Of a stretch of DNA of 64,000 nucleotides, positions 24,045 to 33,454 are shown one piece after another. Each line of letters starts with the position of its first letter. Within the stretch, counting starts at the first letter, position 1. Below the pieces are notes generated by a model. The model had not been told where the DNA came from. It did no database searches and was given only the letters and a program-made list of their open reading frames with translations. The stretch is from Candidatus Latescibacterota bacterium (GTDB lineage Bacteria > Latescibacterota > UBA2968 > UBA8231). The stretch covers positions 32,001 through 96,000 of the forward strand of contig CBDCXV010000010.1 in the NCBI GenBank assembly GCA_965223905.1, in the 5' to 3' direction. Position numbers and translations under genes: made by a program.

Positions 24045-24999
24045 GTGAAACTAACCCCCGGCATCGCTCTTATTGGCGGTTTGCTGTCCGCCTGCCAATC
24101 CTTATCTCCGCTCAGCCCTGAGCAAATCGAGCTGGCACGGCAGTTTCTAGACGACTTGGAAGCGGCCAACGAAACCGCTACCAACCCCTCAGGCAATCCC
24201 GCTCCAGCCGGCAAGTTCAACATCAAGCTGGTCTACACGGTGGACATCTTCCAACAGCGGCACAAGGATCTCATCCGGGAAGCGGCAGACCGTTGGGAGA
24301 GCGTTATCGTCGGCGACCTGCCCGACCAGCCCTACTCCGTGAACGATCCCTTGGTCCTCCCCGACTATCGACATTGGTGGATCAACGAGCATTCCGGCCA
24401 GAGAAGGTACAGAATTACCGAGCCCATTGACGACATCGTGATTTACATCGGCCAAGTAGAAGCAGCCGACGAAGACACACATTATGGATGGGGAGGGGCT
24501 TCTCTCTTGCGTCCAGTATTGGCGCGGTTTGCCGATTGTGGGTGCGGTCCTGTTCAGCCAGAAACACTTGGGCCACGAGCTATTCTACACCACCGCGTTA
24601 CACGAGATCGGTCACGCCTTGAGATTCGGCACCATCTGGAAAGATCATGGTCAAATAGGCGGCTACCAGAGTCCGTATTTCCGGGGAGAGAATGCCCGGG
24701 CGGCCTTCAACTCAGTGGGAGGGGACAGGTTTACCGGAAGCAAGGTGCCAGCGGAAGTCCCGCCGCATGAAGGCCATTGGCGGGAATCTGTATTCGGCGA
24801 TGAGCTTATGACCCATTTCGTCATAACCAGCGACCAAGAGCCGCTAAGCCTCGTTACAGTGCAGTCTCTGGCCGACTTGGGCTACGAGGTAGACGCCGGG
24901 CAAGCAGAGCCCTACACCCTCCCTACGGCGGCCAGCAAGCCCGTAGCCTCTGTCGGGCTACGGTGCAGGGCCATTCAAATAGGAGCGGAACAGCTATGA
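24045..24999 (+). CDS. Leishmanolysin-like (M8) zinc metallopeptidase lipoprotein, frameshift near 24510
   Basis: LLSAC lipobox; AADRWESVIVGDLP; HEIGHALRFG; HWRESVFGDELMT. Confidence 0.85.
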
Positions 25000-25229
25000 A
25001 CAAGCCCGACCGGGAGCACATTTTCTCCCTCCTGTGCGAGATCGAATCGATCCTTGAGCAGGAAGTCAAAACGCTGGAACTCGACCTGAAACCGGGCCTG
25101 AAAACGCGGCTCGCTTTCCGGAGATCCGACCTGAAACTGGTGCGATCTCTCAAGCGCGGGAGGAACAACCAGTTCGGATTCCTGTTTCCCCGGGAGCGAG
25201 AAATTCAGGAGAATAGGAGGGAAGGGTAG
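24996..25229 (+). CDS. Hypothetical protein (77 aa)
   Basis: ATGA overlap with the peptidase stop; RBS-like GGAG upstream. Confidence 0.5.
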   Translation: MNKPDREHIFSLLCEIESILEQEVKTLELDLKPGLKTRLAFRRSDLKLVRSLKRGRNNQFGFLFPREREIQENRREG

Positions 25230-25381
25230 GGGGTGCCGCTGTTTCGAGGTGGTGGAGCGCTGCGGATCAAACCGCTGCCCCGGAAGTTCGAGGCATGGCG
25301 CGGCATGGCCTCGATTCATGCACCCCCTACCCACTACCAAATATCACCCTGTTCTTGTTTACCTTTCTATATAATTCCCGG

Positions 25382-25592
25382 CATAAGCCCTCCTACGCGG
25401 GGATAGCCCCGAGACGATCGACGGGCGCTTTGTGGAAGTCGCGGTTCCCCCGCACGCGCGGGGATAGCCCTTATCCGCAGATGGACGCGGCCTCTCAGGA
25501 GGGGGTTCCCCCGCACGCGCGGGGATAGCCCCGCCCTCCTCTCGATACAGCTCGACCTCATCAAGGTTCCCCCGCACGCGCGGGGATAGCCC
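25382..25592 (+). CRISPR. Orphan type I-E-like mini CRISPR array: 3 perfect repeats, 1 5'-degenerate repeat, 3 spacers of 33 bp
   Basis: GGTTCCCCCGCACGCGCGGGGATAGCCC at 25443, 25504 and 25565 (61-bp period); half repeat ending at 25409. Confidence 0.9.
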
Positions 25593-25646
25593 CCTCGATT
25601 CGGTCTATTTTTCAAAACCCCTACTCTGACTGGAGGAAAAACACCT

Positions 25647-26804
25647 ATGAATCCAATCCTGCTACTGCTCATTATCCCGGTCGTTGCTGTCTCCGGGCAA
25701 GTTCATGAACCCGACCCGGGATGGCCGGTCTTCGCTCCCGATTCCAACCCCGACAGTCTCAACGTGGAACGGGTCGGCGAGATCGTGCTTCTCCCTACTC
25801 CGGAAGCCGGCGACGTAGGGTATGGAGCCGATTTCTATGTCTCCGGAAACCATGCCCTAATGTGCGACGTGCGCCGTTTTGTCCATGTCGTCGACATTTC
25901 CGACCCGGCCAATATGCGCAAAGTGGCCGAGGTCCAGACTCCGGGAGCGCCTCTGGACATCAAGATTTCCGGCAACCTGGCGGCGGTTGGAGTGCAGGAA
26001 ACCGATGACTTCGGTCTGCTCATCCTTGACCTGTCCGACCCGGCCAATCCCGTTGAATTATCCCGGCTGCACAAGGAAGGATGGGGCGGGATTCACAATC
26101 TGTTCGTTCACGGAGACCGCATTTACCTGGCCCACGCCGAAAGCTTGGGCATGACCATCGTGGACATTTCCGATCCGGCCAATCCGGTAATCTCGGGTTT
26201 CTGGAAGCACGATACCTTCAGCAACGTGATTCACGATGTATTCGTCCGGGATCATCTAGCCGTCGTCAGTGACTACGATTCCGGGCTGGTTCTTCTGGAC
26301 GTCAAGGACCCGGACAACCCCGAACTGTTGGCGTCTGTGTCCTTCATCGACGGCATGCACAGTGCCTGGGCGGAAGGCAACTACGTCTACTGTAACCAAG
26401 AGTTCGGCGGCTGGCACAAGGGGCTCAAGGTGGTCGATATTACGGACCCTCGTTCTCCGCAGAAGGTCCATGAGTTCGCCCCGGACTACCCGCCACCGAA
26501 TGAAGATATTCTCGGCTCTCACAACCCTTGGGCCCGGGACGGGCTGTTGTACTGGGCCTACTACGACGCCGGCCTGCGCGTCTTCGATCTCAGTAACCCG
26601 GCGCAGCCGGAAGAAGTCGGCTACCATACCTACCCCGGTTCCGCATGGAGCGTGCAGCCGCACGACGACGGCCTACTCTACGTCGCCGACAGCACGGTTG
26701 GCATTCAGGCGTACCGGTTCGACCGGTCCATCGGCGGCACTTCTACTGCCGTGAAGCCAGCCTCATGGGGCCGCGTAAAAACCTTGTTCAGAGACCGAAA
26801 CTGA
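25647..26804 (+). CDS. Secreted LVIVD-repeat beta-propeller protein with a C-terminal SWGRVK motif
   Basis: Repeated (V/I)(V/L)D(I/L)SDPANP units; signal peptide. Confidence 0.9.
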   Translation: MNPILLLLIIPVVAVSGQVHEPDPGWPVFAPDSNPDSLNVERVGEIVLLPTPEAGDVGYGADFYVSGNHALMCDVRRFVHVVDISDPANMRKVAEVQTPGAPLDIKISGNLAAVGVQETDDFGLLILDLSDPANPVELSRLHKEGWGGIHNLFVHGDRIYLAHAESLGMTIVDISDPANPVISGFWKHDTFSNVIHDVFVRDHLAVVSDYDSGLVLLDVKDPDNPELLASVSFIDGMHSAWAEGNYVYCNQEFGGWHKGLKVVDITDPRSPQKVHEFAPDYPPPNEDILGSHNPWARDGLLYWAYYDAGLRVFDLSNPAQPEEVGYHTYPGSAWSVQPHDDGLLYVADSTVGIQAYRFDRSIGGTSTAVKPASWGRVKTLFRDRN

Positions 26805-27083
26805 AACCCGATTGTACTTAACCTACTGCGGTAAACCTAAAAGAGAGGGACATCCATGAAAGCAACTATCGCCCCGGTAAGCCTCCGGCAGCCGCGCGGT
26901 CACCGTGTCCTCGGCTAGAGGGCCTCGAGAAAGGGGTGCCTTTCCTTCTCTGTGATGGTATTCACCTGACAGTTGTCCATTGTCGAGGACAACCCATTCT
27001 GCCACATAGTACCTTCGCTGTCCATTTCCGTCTTATATATGAAAAGGCTTTTGAGAACAGCCCACCGGGGGGACAAAAACAAC

Positions 27084-27479
27084 ATGTCGAGAATGCGAGA
27101 CTTGGAAATCCGCAGTGACGAAAAAGAGCCGGATGGGCGCGTCCACGCCTGCATGAAAGGATCGCCGCGCCCTCCGGAGGATCTGGATTTCGGCAAAAGG
27201 CCGGAGGTGCCGGCGAAACTCTGGAACCTCCTGGACGAGATTCCTCGGGAAAGTCGCCGGATCTTCGTTCTCTTCCATATCGAGGGAAGCTCCTGCGAGG
27301 AGATCGGGGGCTTTCTCGGGCTCGCCGAGGAGTTGGTGAGAGCGCATCTGTCGAAGGCGGAAGGCCACGTACTGCATCGCGCACCCTGGATCAAGCTGTC
27401 GGAACTGACCGTCAGCAAGGCGCGCCACCAGCGGCTAGTGCTGCAGATCATGGCTTCTCTGCGATCCCGGGCAGGTTGA
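27084..27479 (+). CDS. Protein or fragment with an ECF sigma-70 region 4 HTH
   Basis: LDEIPRESRRIFVLFHIEGSSCEEIGGFLGLAEELVRAHLSKA; no region 2 recognisable. Confidence 0.6.
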   Translation: MSRMRDLEIRSDEKEPDGRVHACMKGSPRPPEDLDFGKRPEVPAKLWNLLDEIPRESRRIFVLFHIEGSSCEEIGGFLGLAEELVRAHLSKAEGHVLHRAPWIKLSELTVSKARHQRLVLQIMASLRSRAG

Positions 27480-27826
27480 CGCCCCGGGAGAGGCAGTTGG
27501 GAAACGGCAGGATGAACAAAGAACCGCCGGAGTAGCGCAGGGACAGGCCCTGTCCCCGCTCAAGGTTGCCCCGACGGCGGGCCCTTTCTTCCTGAGGTGC
27601 CCACGCGGACGAGCGAGCCAGCAGCTTGTTCCCGGTTGGGTCCCTGTTCAACGTATTCGTCATATCCGGGGCAATCCGGGCAACGAAAAGGACCGCCCTC
27701 GAGGGGATCGGCCGAAATGGCAGGTTGGACGAACAGCGGAATCGGTCAACACTTGCCTCGTCCCCTTTTTCCTGGTCAAGCCGCCTTCAGGACGAACTTG
27801 GCCGAACGGGCTGATCTCTGTGCGGG

Positions 27827-28291
27827 CTATTTCATGCAGACCGAGTTGGTTTTGCCTCGGTACACGCGCCGGAACAACGGCCCCTCCTCGATTCGGGCCG
27901 CTTCCAGCCACGCCTTGATTCTCTCCACGGTGGGAGGACCCAAAAACAGCATGACCCCGACGCCTTCCTGGTCCGTCTTGGAGCGCCGCACGGTAGCCCG
28001 GCCGTCGCCTTCCGGCTCGAAGGAGACGTCTGAGACCTCGAGGTCGGCCAGCTCGGAGATGCGCAGCAGGCCGTCGGACATCACCGCGATGATCGCCGCA
28101 TCGCGCAGCCCGAAAAGAGAGCCGTCGCCGGCGGCGATGGCCGCCGCTGCGTCTGCCTGCGAGAAGTTCACGCCCTGGGCTTGGCCCCGCCCGCGGCCGC
28201 GGCCCTTGCGCCGGATACCGGCCAGCACGCGATCGGTGGCCGGCCCGGTCGGAGAAGGCTCCCCGTTCAGCTTGGCGCGGAACCGGATCGC
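27827..28291 (-). pseudogene. Internal fragment of a Cre-like tyrosine recombinase
   Basis: Homologous to 13243..14184; lacks the N-terminus and the HxxR/Y residues. Confidence 0.88.
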
Positions 28292-28473
28292 CGGAACCGC
28301 CGCCGGGCGCCGACGCGGACGTGTGGTATTCGATCCCGGCGAACATACATCGCAAGGCATCCGAAGTGGCCCAAGTGCTCCTGGGGGCCCGGCCCAACAA
28401 ATAACGCGCAAGCTCATAGCCCCTTGCCAAAGGGGCAGGGTGTAGGATAGATTGAGCAGTTAATCGGAAAGGG

Positions 28474-28546
28474 ATGGGGGACGGGGACTTGCACCCGACA
28501 TCTCGGCCCTCAAAAGGCCGCGTCCTACTTGTTGGACCGCACCCCA
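28474..28546 (-). tRNA. Atypical or degenerate tRNA-Gln(TTG)-like gene
   Basis: Minus strand TGGGGTG CG GTCC-AACAAGTA-GGAC G CGGCC-TTTTGAG-GGCCG AGATG TCGGG-TGCAAGT-CCCCG TCCCCCA T. D and anticodon stems are perfect; one mismatch each in acceptor and T stems; no CCA. Confidence 0.65.
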
Positions 28547-28575
28547 TTTCCTTTCGCCTTTAAGCCGCCGCAGCC

Positions 28576-28938
28576 CTATGGGTCTGTGGCGGCTTGCGTT
28601 TCTGGTAAGATGTACCGATTTGGATTCTTGGAGGCGACTTCCACGCGCCCAATCCTGACAAGATTAGATACGTAGGCGTGAAAATTGGCCTTGGGGGATT
28701 TCCCGCTGCAAATCAATCCCGAGGCTGAAAACCGTTCCCAAATCTGGCCGATGGTCTGTGGCTCGGTGGCTTCTTTCAGAATCGAAATGATGGCACCGAC
28801 AACTTCCGGCCCTTGGATCTCCTTTTGTTCGTTCTCATTGCCAATGACTAGGCCAATACTTTCCGCCGTTTGCCTCGGGGCCTTGCTGGCGTCTGCCGGT
28901 TGCGACCGCGTACTCGGGTCGCGCCCCGAGCTGGTCAA
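28576..28938 (-). CDS. Winged-helix (HARE-HTH-like) domain protein, start uncertain
   Basis: AIISILKEATEPQTIGQIWERF...SGKSPKANFHAYVS...RYIL. Confidence 0.55.
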   Translation of the reverse strand: MTSSGRDPSTRSQPADASKAPRQTAESIGLVIGNENEQKEIQGPEVVGAIISILKEATEPQTIGQIWERFSASGLICSGKSPKANFHAYVSNLVRIGRVEVASKNPNRYILPETQAATDP

Positions 28939-29293
28939 GTTTATCCTGGCGGACGAAATCCGCTCGCCGGCCGGCGTCTACGTGCTATCGGATTCCCGTT
29001 TTGAAGCGGGTGTCGTGCGGGGCGTATTCCTTGAGGTTGCCCTTGACCAAAGGGACAGCAGCAGTATGCACACGCCGCTTGGGGAATGGGCTCGGCACAA
29101 GGGGTGGGGTTCGATCACGTGGGCCGTAGTACCGGGGGCCGTTTGGATCAATGACCGCCACGAAAGGCTGAAAGGGACCACCGTTTGGGTTGCCCTTGGA
29201 TAAGCCCCCCGGGAAAGGGCCGATTTTCCGGGCGTGCCAAAATCAATATGAAGCCGAAAACCTGGCCGCCCTGCCGGTAAGACCGGAGAACCG

Positions 29294-29422
29294 CTGCAGC
29301 GCTACGTTGACGAGTTTGCGGGGAGGCACAACACCCGGCACCTCGACACCATTGATATGATGATCCGCACGGCAGCCGGCTTGGTAGGGAAGCGGCTGCG
29401 TTACCGGGATCTGACAGCATGA
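29294..29422 (+). pseudogene. C-terminal remnant of an IS1595-family transposase
   Basis: Translates LQRYVDEFAGRHNTRHLDTIDMMIRTAAGLVGKRLRYRDLTA*, the characteristic IS1595 C-terminus. Confidence 0.85.
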
Positions 29423-29810
29423 AAGAGGGGGTTGTCATCCACCATGATGTCCCTGCCTTGCGGTGCCTCGCACTGCCAAGCTGCACCTTGGCATGCCAAA
29501 CCGCGTGGTGCCCAGCCCCGATGTCAGGATGACAACCCTCATTCATTACACTAATGGTGGTCTCGGAATCATAACAGCTGTACAAACGGTCAGGACGATC
29601 TCACTTGCCTGCCATGCGGTCCACGATCGCTTGGTTGTGACCCCATGCGTAGGCCCCTTTTTCCCTATCACTTAGGTCGCCTGGGCATTGATCGGGCAGG
29701 ATGATGAACTGTGCTCCATTGCCGTCAGCCTCGTCGTATCCTCGGTTATAGACTTTGTCCATAACCCTTCTTTCCTTCAGCTTGTGCCTTGAGAAACCCA
29801 TGGGGAAAAC

Positions 29811-30428
29811 CTATTCGTCCAATCGGAGTTGCAGTCCCAGAAAGAACTTGGTGTAAAGCGACGTGCTTGAGTCGTAGGAGTATTCGAGAACGCCGTTCGG
29901 GTCGCTGATGAATAGCTCGTTCAACGACTCGGTAATGGTCAACGACGGCTGGTCATCCTCATCGAAAGTGGCGGCGAAGTCATCGAACGGCTGCCAATCC
30001 ACAGGCCCTTGACCAACACGCAAGCCGTAACCGACTAGCTTGTTGACGAACGCCCCTTGAAAGTTCGTGGTGATGTCCTCGTCGTAGTAAGCCCAGCCCT
30101 TGCGGCCTTCAATCCACTGGAGCTGATAGCTTCCGCTGGAAGACTTCAGATTAAACACCAGTTCCTGCCACTGGAAAGCACCGACAGACAGGGAACCTCC
30201 ATCGGAACCTACCTCGACGGTGTCGTAGACCGTGACGGTGTTGGTATCGGGGTTGTCGCCCTGGTAGACGACGTTTTCGCCGCTGATATTGATCACGACT
30301 TGGCAGCCGGTCGTATCAGCGGCTTGTTCGGCAGCGGCTGTTTTTGGTGAGCCAGCAGGTCCCATTGGCCCTTCTGGACCTTGGCAGGCGAGGAGCAACA
30401 GCAGTGAGGGTAAGGCGAGCAGGCGCAT
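29811..30428 (-). CDS. Hypothetical lipoprotein with a short collagen-like N-terminus
   Basis: MRLLALPSLLLLLAC-QGPEGPMGPAG; GGAGG RBS. Confidence 0.8.
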   Translation of the reverse strand: MRLLALPSLLLLLACQGPEGPMGPAGSPKTAAAEQAADTTGCQVVINISGENVVYQGDNPDTNTVTVYDTVEVGSDGGSLSVGAFQWQELVFNLKSSSGSYQLQWIEGRKGWAYYDEDITTNFQGAFVNKLVGYGLRVGQGPVDWQPFDDFAATFDEDDQPSLTITESLNELFISDPNGVLEYSYDSSTSLYTKFFLGLQLRLDE

Positions 30429-30704
30429 GTTCCGTCCTCCGTGAGATTGGTCTCATGGTGCGGCTCCCCTGCGGGAGCCGGGCCTACCAATCCATCACCG
30501 GATGACGGGACGGCCCACTTATTTGCCAAGACAAAAGGTAGCTAACCCCTTGCCTCCGTGGTACTTCGGCTGTTCTATTCAGCGGGAGACCCGACAACTA
30601 CGCGGGTTTCCGATGACAGATTGGTCCTATACTGGCTCTCAAGAAGAAAATGCGTATAATCGCAGTATTCTATTGACCATTGGAAGGAAAAGGACAATCT
30701 CCCC

Positions 30705-30733
30705 TTGACATTTTGTTCTTGTCTAAGTAAGTT
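30705..30733 (+). promoter_or_regulatory. Sigma70-type promoter
   Basis: TTGACA-17 bp-TAAGTT. Confidence 0.6.
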
Positions 30734-30741
30734 AAAGACAA

Positions 30742-30858
30742 CCACCCATGCCTCGTTGCATGGCCCCCATGGGTTTCGGCTCTTGGGGCAACGTACAGCC
30801 ACCCATACTGGCTTGCCAGTATGGCCCCCAGGGGTTTCGGCCCCTGGGGTATTTTTTT
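30742..30858 (+). ncRNA. Two tandem double-hairpin RNA units ending in an intrinsic terminator, upstream of the NYN gene
   Basis: Unit 1: CCAC-CCATGC/GCATGG-CCCCATGGG/CTCTTGGGG. Unit 2: CCAC-CCATACTGG/CCAGTATGG-CCCCAGGGG/CCCCTGGGG, followed by a T7 tract. Confidence 0.6.
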
Positions 30859-30873
30859 GACAGGGGCTCCAGT

Positions 30874-31539
30874 TTGGATACGGGGAAAACGGAGAAGAAA
30901 AAGAAAAAGACGGAGAAGAAAAAGAAAGTTGACGTATTCATTGATGGGTTCAACCTCTATCACGCTATAGACAATCTGAATAAACCTCATCTCAAATGGG
31001 TTGATCTTTGGAAGTTGTCAGAGTGTTTTATATCAAAGAAAACACATAAAATAGGAAGAGTTTTTTATTTCACATCTATGGCCAGATGGAAACCTTGTTC
31101 GCATAAAAGGCAAGAGGCATTTTTGGATGCTATACACTCTAAAGGAGTCGAAGTTTGGTACGGAAGGTTTCAGAGGAAACCCTTACAGTGTGATAAATGC
31201 AAGTACAAGTGGTTCACCTGGACAGAGAAACAGACCGATGTTAATATTGCCTCGTTTCTTGTCGGACGTGCGGCATTGAATAAATTCGACTCAGCTATTT
31301 TTATTTCTCAAGATTCTGATTTCGTCGTTGCTATTAGAACGATGGGTCATTTCAAAAAACCAATTAAAATTGTTACGCCACCTCGAAGAAAACATAGCAC
31401 AGAGCTTGTAAATGCCGCATCGGGAAACAAGGGGAAAATAATAATTCCTCAACTTGAGAATTGTCAGCTTGAAACCGTAGTCAAAGACAGCGATGGGAAT
31501 ACTATTGCAGTACGTCCACCAGAATACATGCCACCTTAA
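30874..31539 (+). CDS. NYN-domain (LabA/DUF88, PIN-like) ribonuclease, low GC
   Basis: VFIDGFNLYH, EKQTDVNIA, SQDSDF motifs; TTG start chosen after the terminator and an AGGGG RBS. Confidence 0.88.
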   Translation: MDTGKTEKKKKKTEKKKKVDVFIDGFNLYHAIDNLNKPHLKWVDLWKLSECFISKKTHKIGRVFYFTSMARWKPCSHKRQEAFLDAIHSKGVEVWYGRFQRKPLQCDKCKYKWFTWTEKQTDVNIASFLVGRAALNKFDSAIFISQDSDFVVAIRTMGHFKKPIKIVTPPRRKHSTELVNAASGNKGKIIIPQLENCQLETVVKDSDGNTIAVRPPEYMPP

Positions 31540-31555
31540 GCATAGGAGAAGGGAA

Positions 31556-31714
31556 ATGGCTAAGAAGCAAAGCTCAGATGATGTGTCCTCTTTGGCAGGA
31601 CGTGTATTAGCTGGAAAGAGGCCCACTCCCAAAGAAGCCAGAAAGTTAGCTGGTTCTGTATTGTCTCAAGATGAGAATAAAGGAAAGAGAGGATCTTCTA
31701 GAAAGAAGAGATAG
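31556..31714 (+). CDS. Small basic hypothetical protein
   Basis: MAKKQSSDDVSSLAGRVL...ARKLAGSVLSQ; AGGAG RBS. Confidence 0.6.
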   Translation: MAKKQSSDDVSSLAGRVLAGKRPTPKEARKLAGSVLSQDENKGKRGSSRKKR

Positions 31715-31724
31715 GCAGTTTGAA

Positions 31725-31889
31725 ATGAGACTTTTGGACCGCTTACTGAGGCGCAGGCCCGCTGAGCCTGACTATACGGACATGCATGAGCCGATCCCCG
31801 ATACGCCTGAGAACATCGCTCGGGCGCTTCTGATGAGCCCGCCAGAAGATGACTGGGTTGAGGAAGAGGTTGATGGAGACCCCCCGTGA
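31725..31889 (+). CDS. Small IS1595-associated-type hypothetical protein
   Basis: EPIPDTPENIARALL..PP motif, recalled from IS1595 passenger ORFs. Confidence 0.55.
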   Translation: MRLLDRLLRRRPAEPDYTDMHEPIPDTPENIARALLMSPPEDDWVEEEVDGDPP

Positions 31890-32157
31890 AGCCTTGGTAA
31901 ATTGCGTCTGCATTATCAGGCTGATGAGGGAAAAAGGGCTTGGTTATGGGGAAGCCTGCGAAGAGGTTAGAAGGAGAGATCCCAAGGGCCGTGTATTAGG
32001 CACCTTCTGGGATTCATGTACGCGGTTCGGGAAGGGAGGGAGAAACACCTTGTCGGTCCACGAGGTTGACAAACAGGTTGAAAGCGGAGAGATTGTGAAT
32101 ACCCTGATCCGTAAATTTCCAGAGTCCAGGGATTGGATCAGGGAATCTCTGATTTAG
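31873..32157 (+). CDS. Hypothetical protein
   Basis: Overlaps the previous ORF; GAGG RBS. Confidence 0.45.
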   Translation: METPREALVNCVCIIRLMREKGLGYGEACEEVRRRDPKGRVLGTFWDSCTRFGKGGRNTLSVHEVDKQVESGEIVNTLIRKFPESRDWIRESLI

Positions 32158-32265
32158 CAAGAGATTGATGTGGAGAAGCGAGCCTCCGCTTCTCTGTGCA
32201 CTTTCATATATAATTCCCTTCGGTAAATATCGTGATTGCCTACCTCAATTGCCTTGCCGGTTCCG

Positions 32266-32803
32266 TCATCCCTCACCTGGAACGTCTGAGACCTCGAGGT
32301 CGGCCAGCTCGGAGATGCGCAGCAGGCCGTCGGACATCACCGCGATGATCGCCGCATCGCGCAGCCCGAAAAGAGAGCCGTCGCCGGCGGCGATGGCCGC
32401 CGCTGCGTCTGCCTGCGAGAAGTTCACGCCCTGGGCTTGGCCCCGCCCGCGGCCGCGGCCCTTGCGCCGGATACCGGCCAGCACGCGATCGGTGGCCGGC
32501 CCGGTCGGAGAAGGCTCCCCGTTCAGCTTGGCGCGGAACCGGATCGCGGCCACGATCTGGGCACAGGTGGCCGGCGCCGGGGATTTCTCCTCGTCGTCGA
32601 ACAGGCCGGCGAGATAGTTGGCCACCACTTCATCGGTGACCACCGGCCACCCGGCAACCGCCTCGTCGAACTTCTTCAGCGCGTGTCGGTAGGCCCGCTT
32701 CGTGTTGGGCGCGATGCTGGCGTCGACGAGCTGGCGGACCTGCCCGGAGACCGGAAGCGAGGGCGTCGGCTCGACGGGGACCGGGGGCGGTGTTGGTATC
32801 CAT
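32266..32803 (-). pseudogene. N-terminal half of a Cre-like recombinase, frameshifted and truncated
   Basis: About 260 bp essentially identical to the 28026-28290 copy; N-terminus (ASIAPNTKRAY) homologous to the 13243 gene. Confidence 0.88.
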
Positions 32804-33310
32804 GGGGGTGCCTTTGGCTTTGCGATAAGCCGGGATTATCGAAAGTGGCCAGGGCCTTGTCAACCGTATGGGCTTCCCCGAAATTGGGTGAAACCTTCAA
32901 AGCAGAAAATGGCAAAGTCAGGAGGAACCAAAGGCGGAAGCCAGCAAAGCGGCAGTAAGGGAGGGAGCCGGGGGAATGTTCCCAATTTGCCCTCCACGAC
33001 CGGTAATAAAATCGGGTGGGAATCGAGGCAATAACCCGACGAAGGGGGGGAAACGGTAATGTCCAAGTACCCCCAGCCGCGCGGGGAACGCGGGGAGCCT
33101 CCGGTGGATCCAGGAGTTCGTGAACGACCGTCCCGGGGTTCTGGATTCAGCCATCGTTTCGGCTTCGGGACAGAGAATCCAGGGGCCGATCAAATGGCTT
33201 TCTCCGCTTGCCGACGATGACTACGCCGCGTATCGCGACGAGGCGTTTCTCGAGAAACTCGGCATCGAGCTCTCGAGGTGAATCTTCAAAAAACAGGGAG
33301 GTGATTTCAA

Positions 33311-33454
33311 ATGCGAGGACCCGACGAGCACAGCCCGCAGGAAGAGCAGGATTTATGGTCGGACGTCAACAACCCGAACAACGACGCCGACATGGATGAC
33401 TGGGCGGACGCCCATAATCCCAACAACGAAGACTACATTGATTCCGCGTCGTGA
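33311..33454 (+). CDS. 47-aa acidic peptide with two NPNN repeats
   Basis: GGAGGTG RBS; MRGPDEH...WSDVNNPNNDADMDDWADAHNPNNEDYIDSAS*. Confidence 0.55.
   Translation: MRGPDEHSPQEEQDLWSDVNNPNNDADMDDWADAHNPNNEDYIDSAS

Noticed and set aside
30748-30873. N-terminal extension of the NYN ORF from ATG 30748
   Set aside because: It runs through hairpin repeats and a terminator with no RBS; TTG 30874 is the more plausible start.
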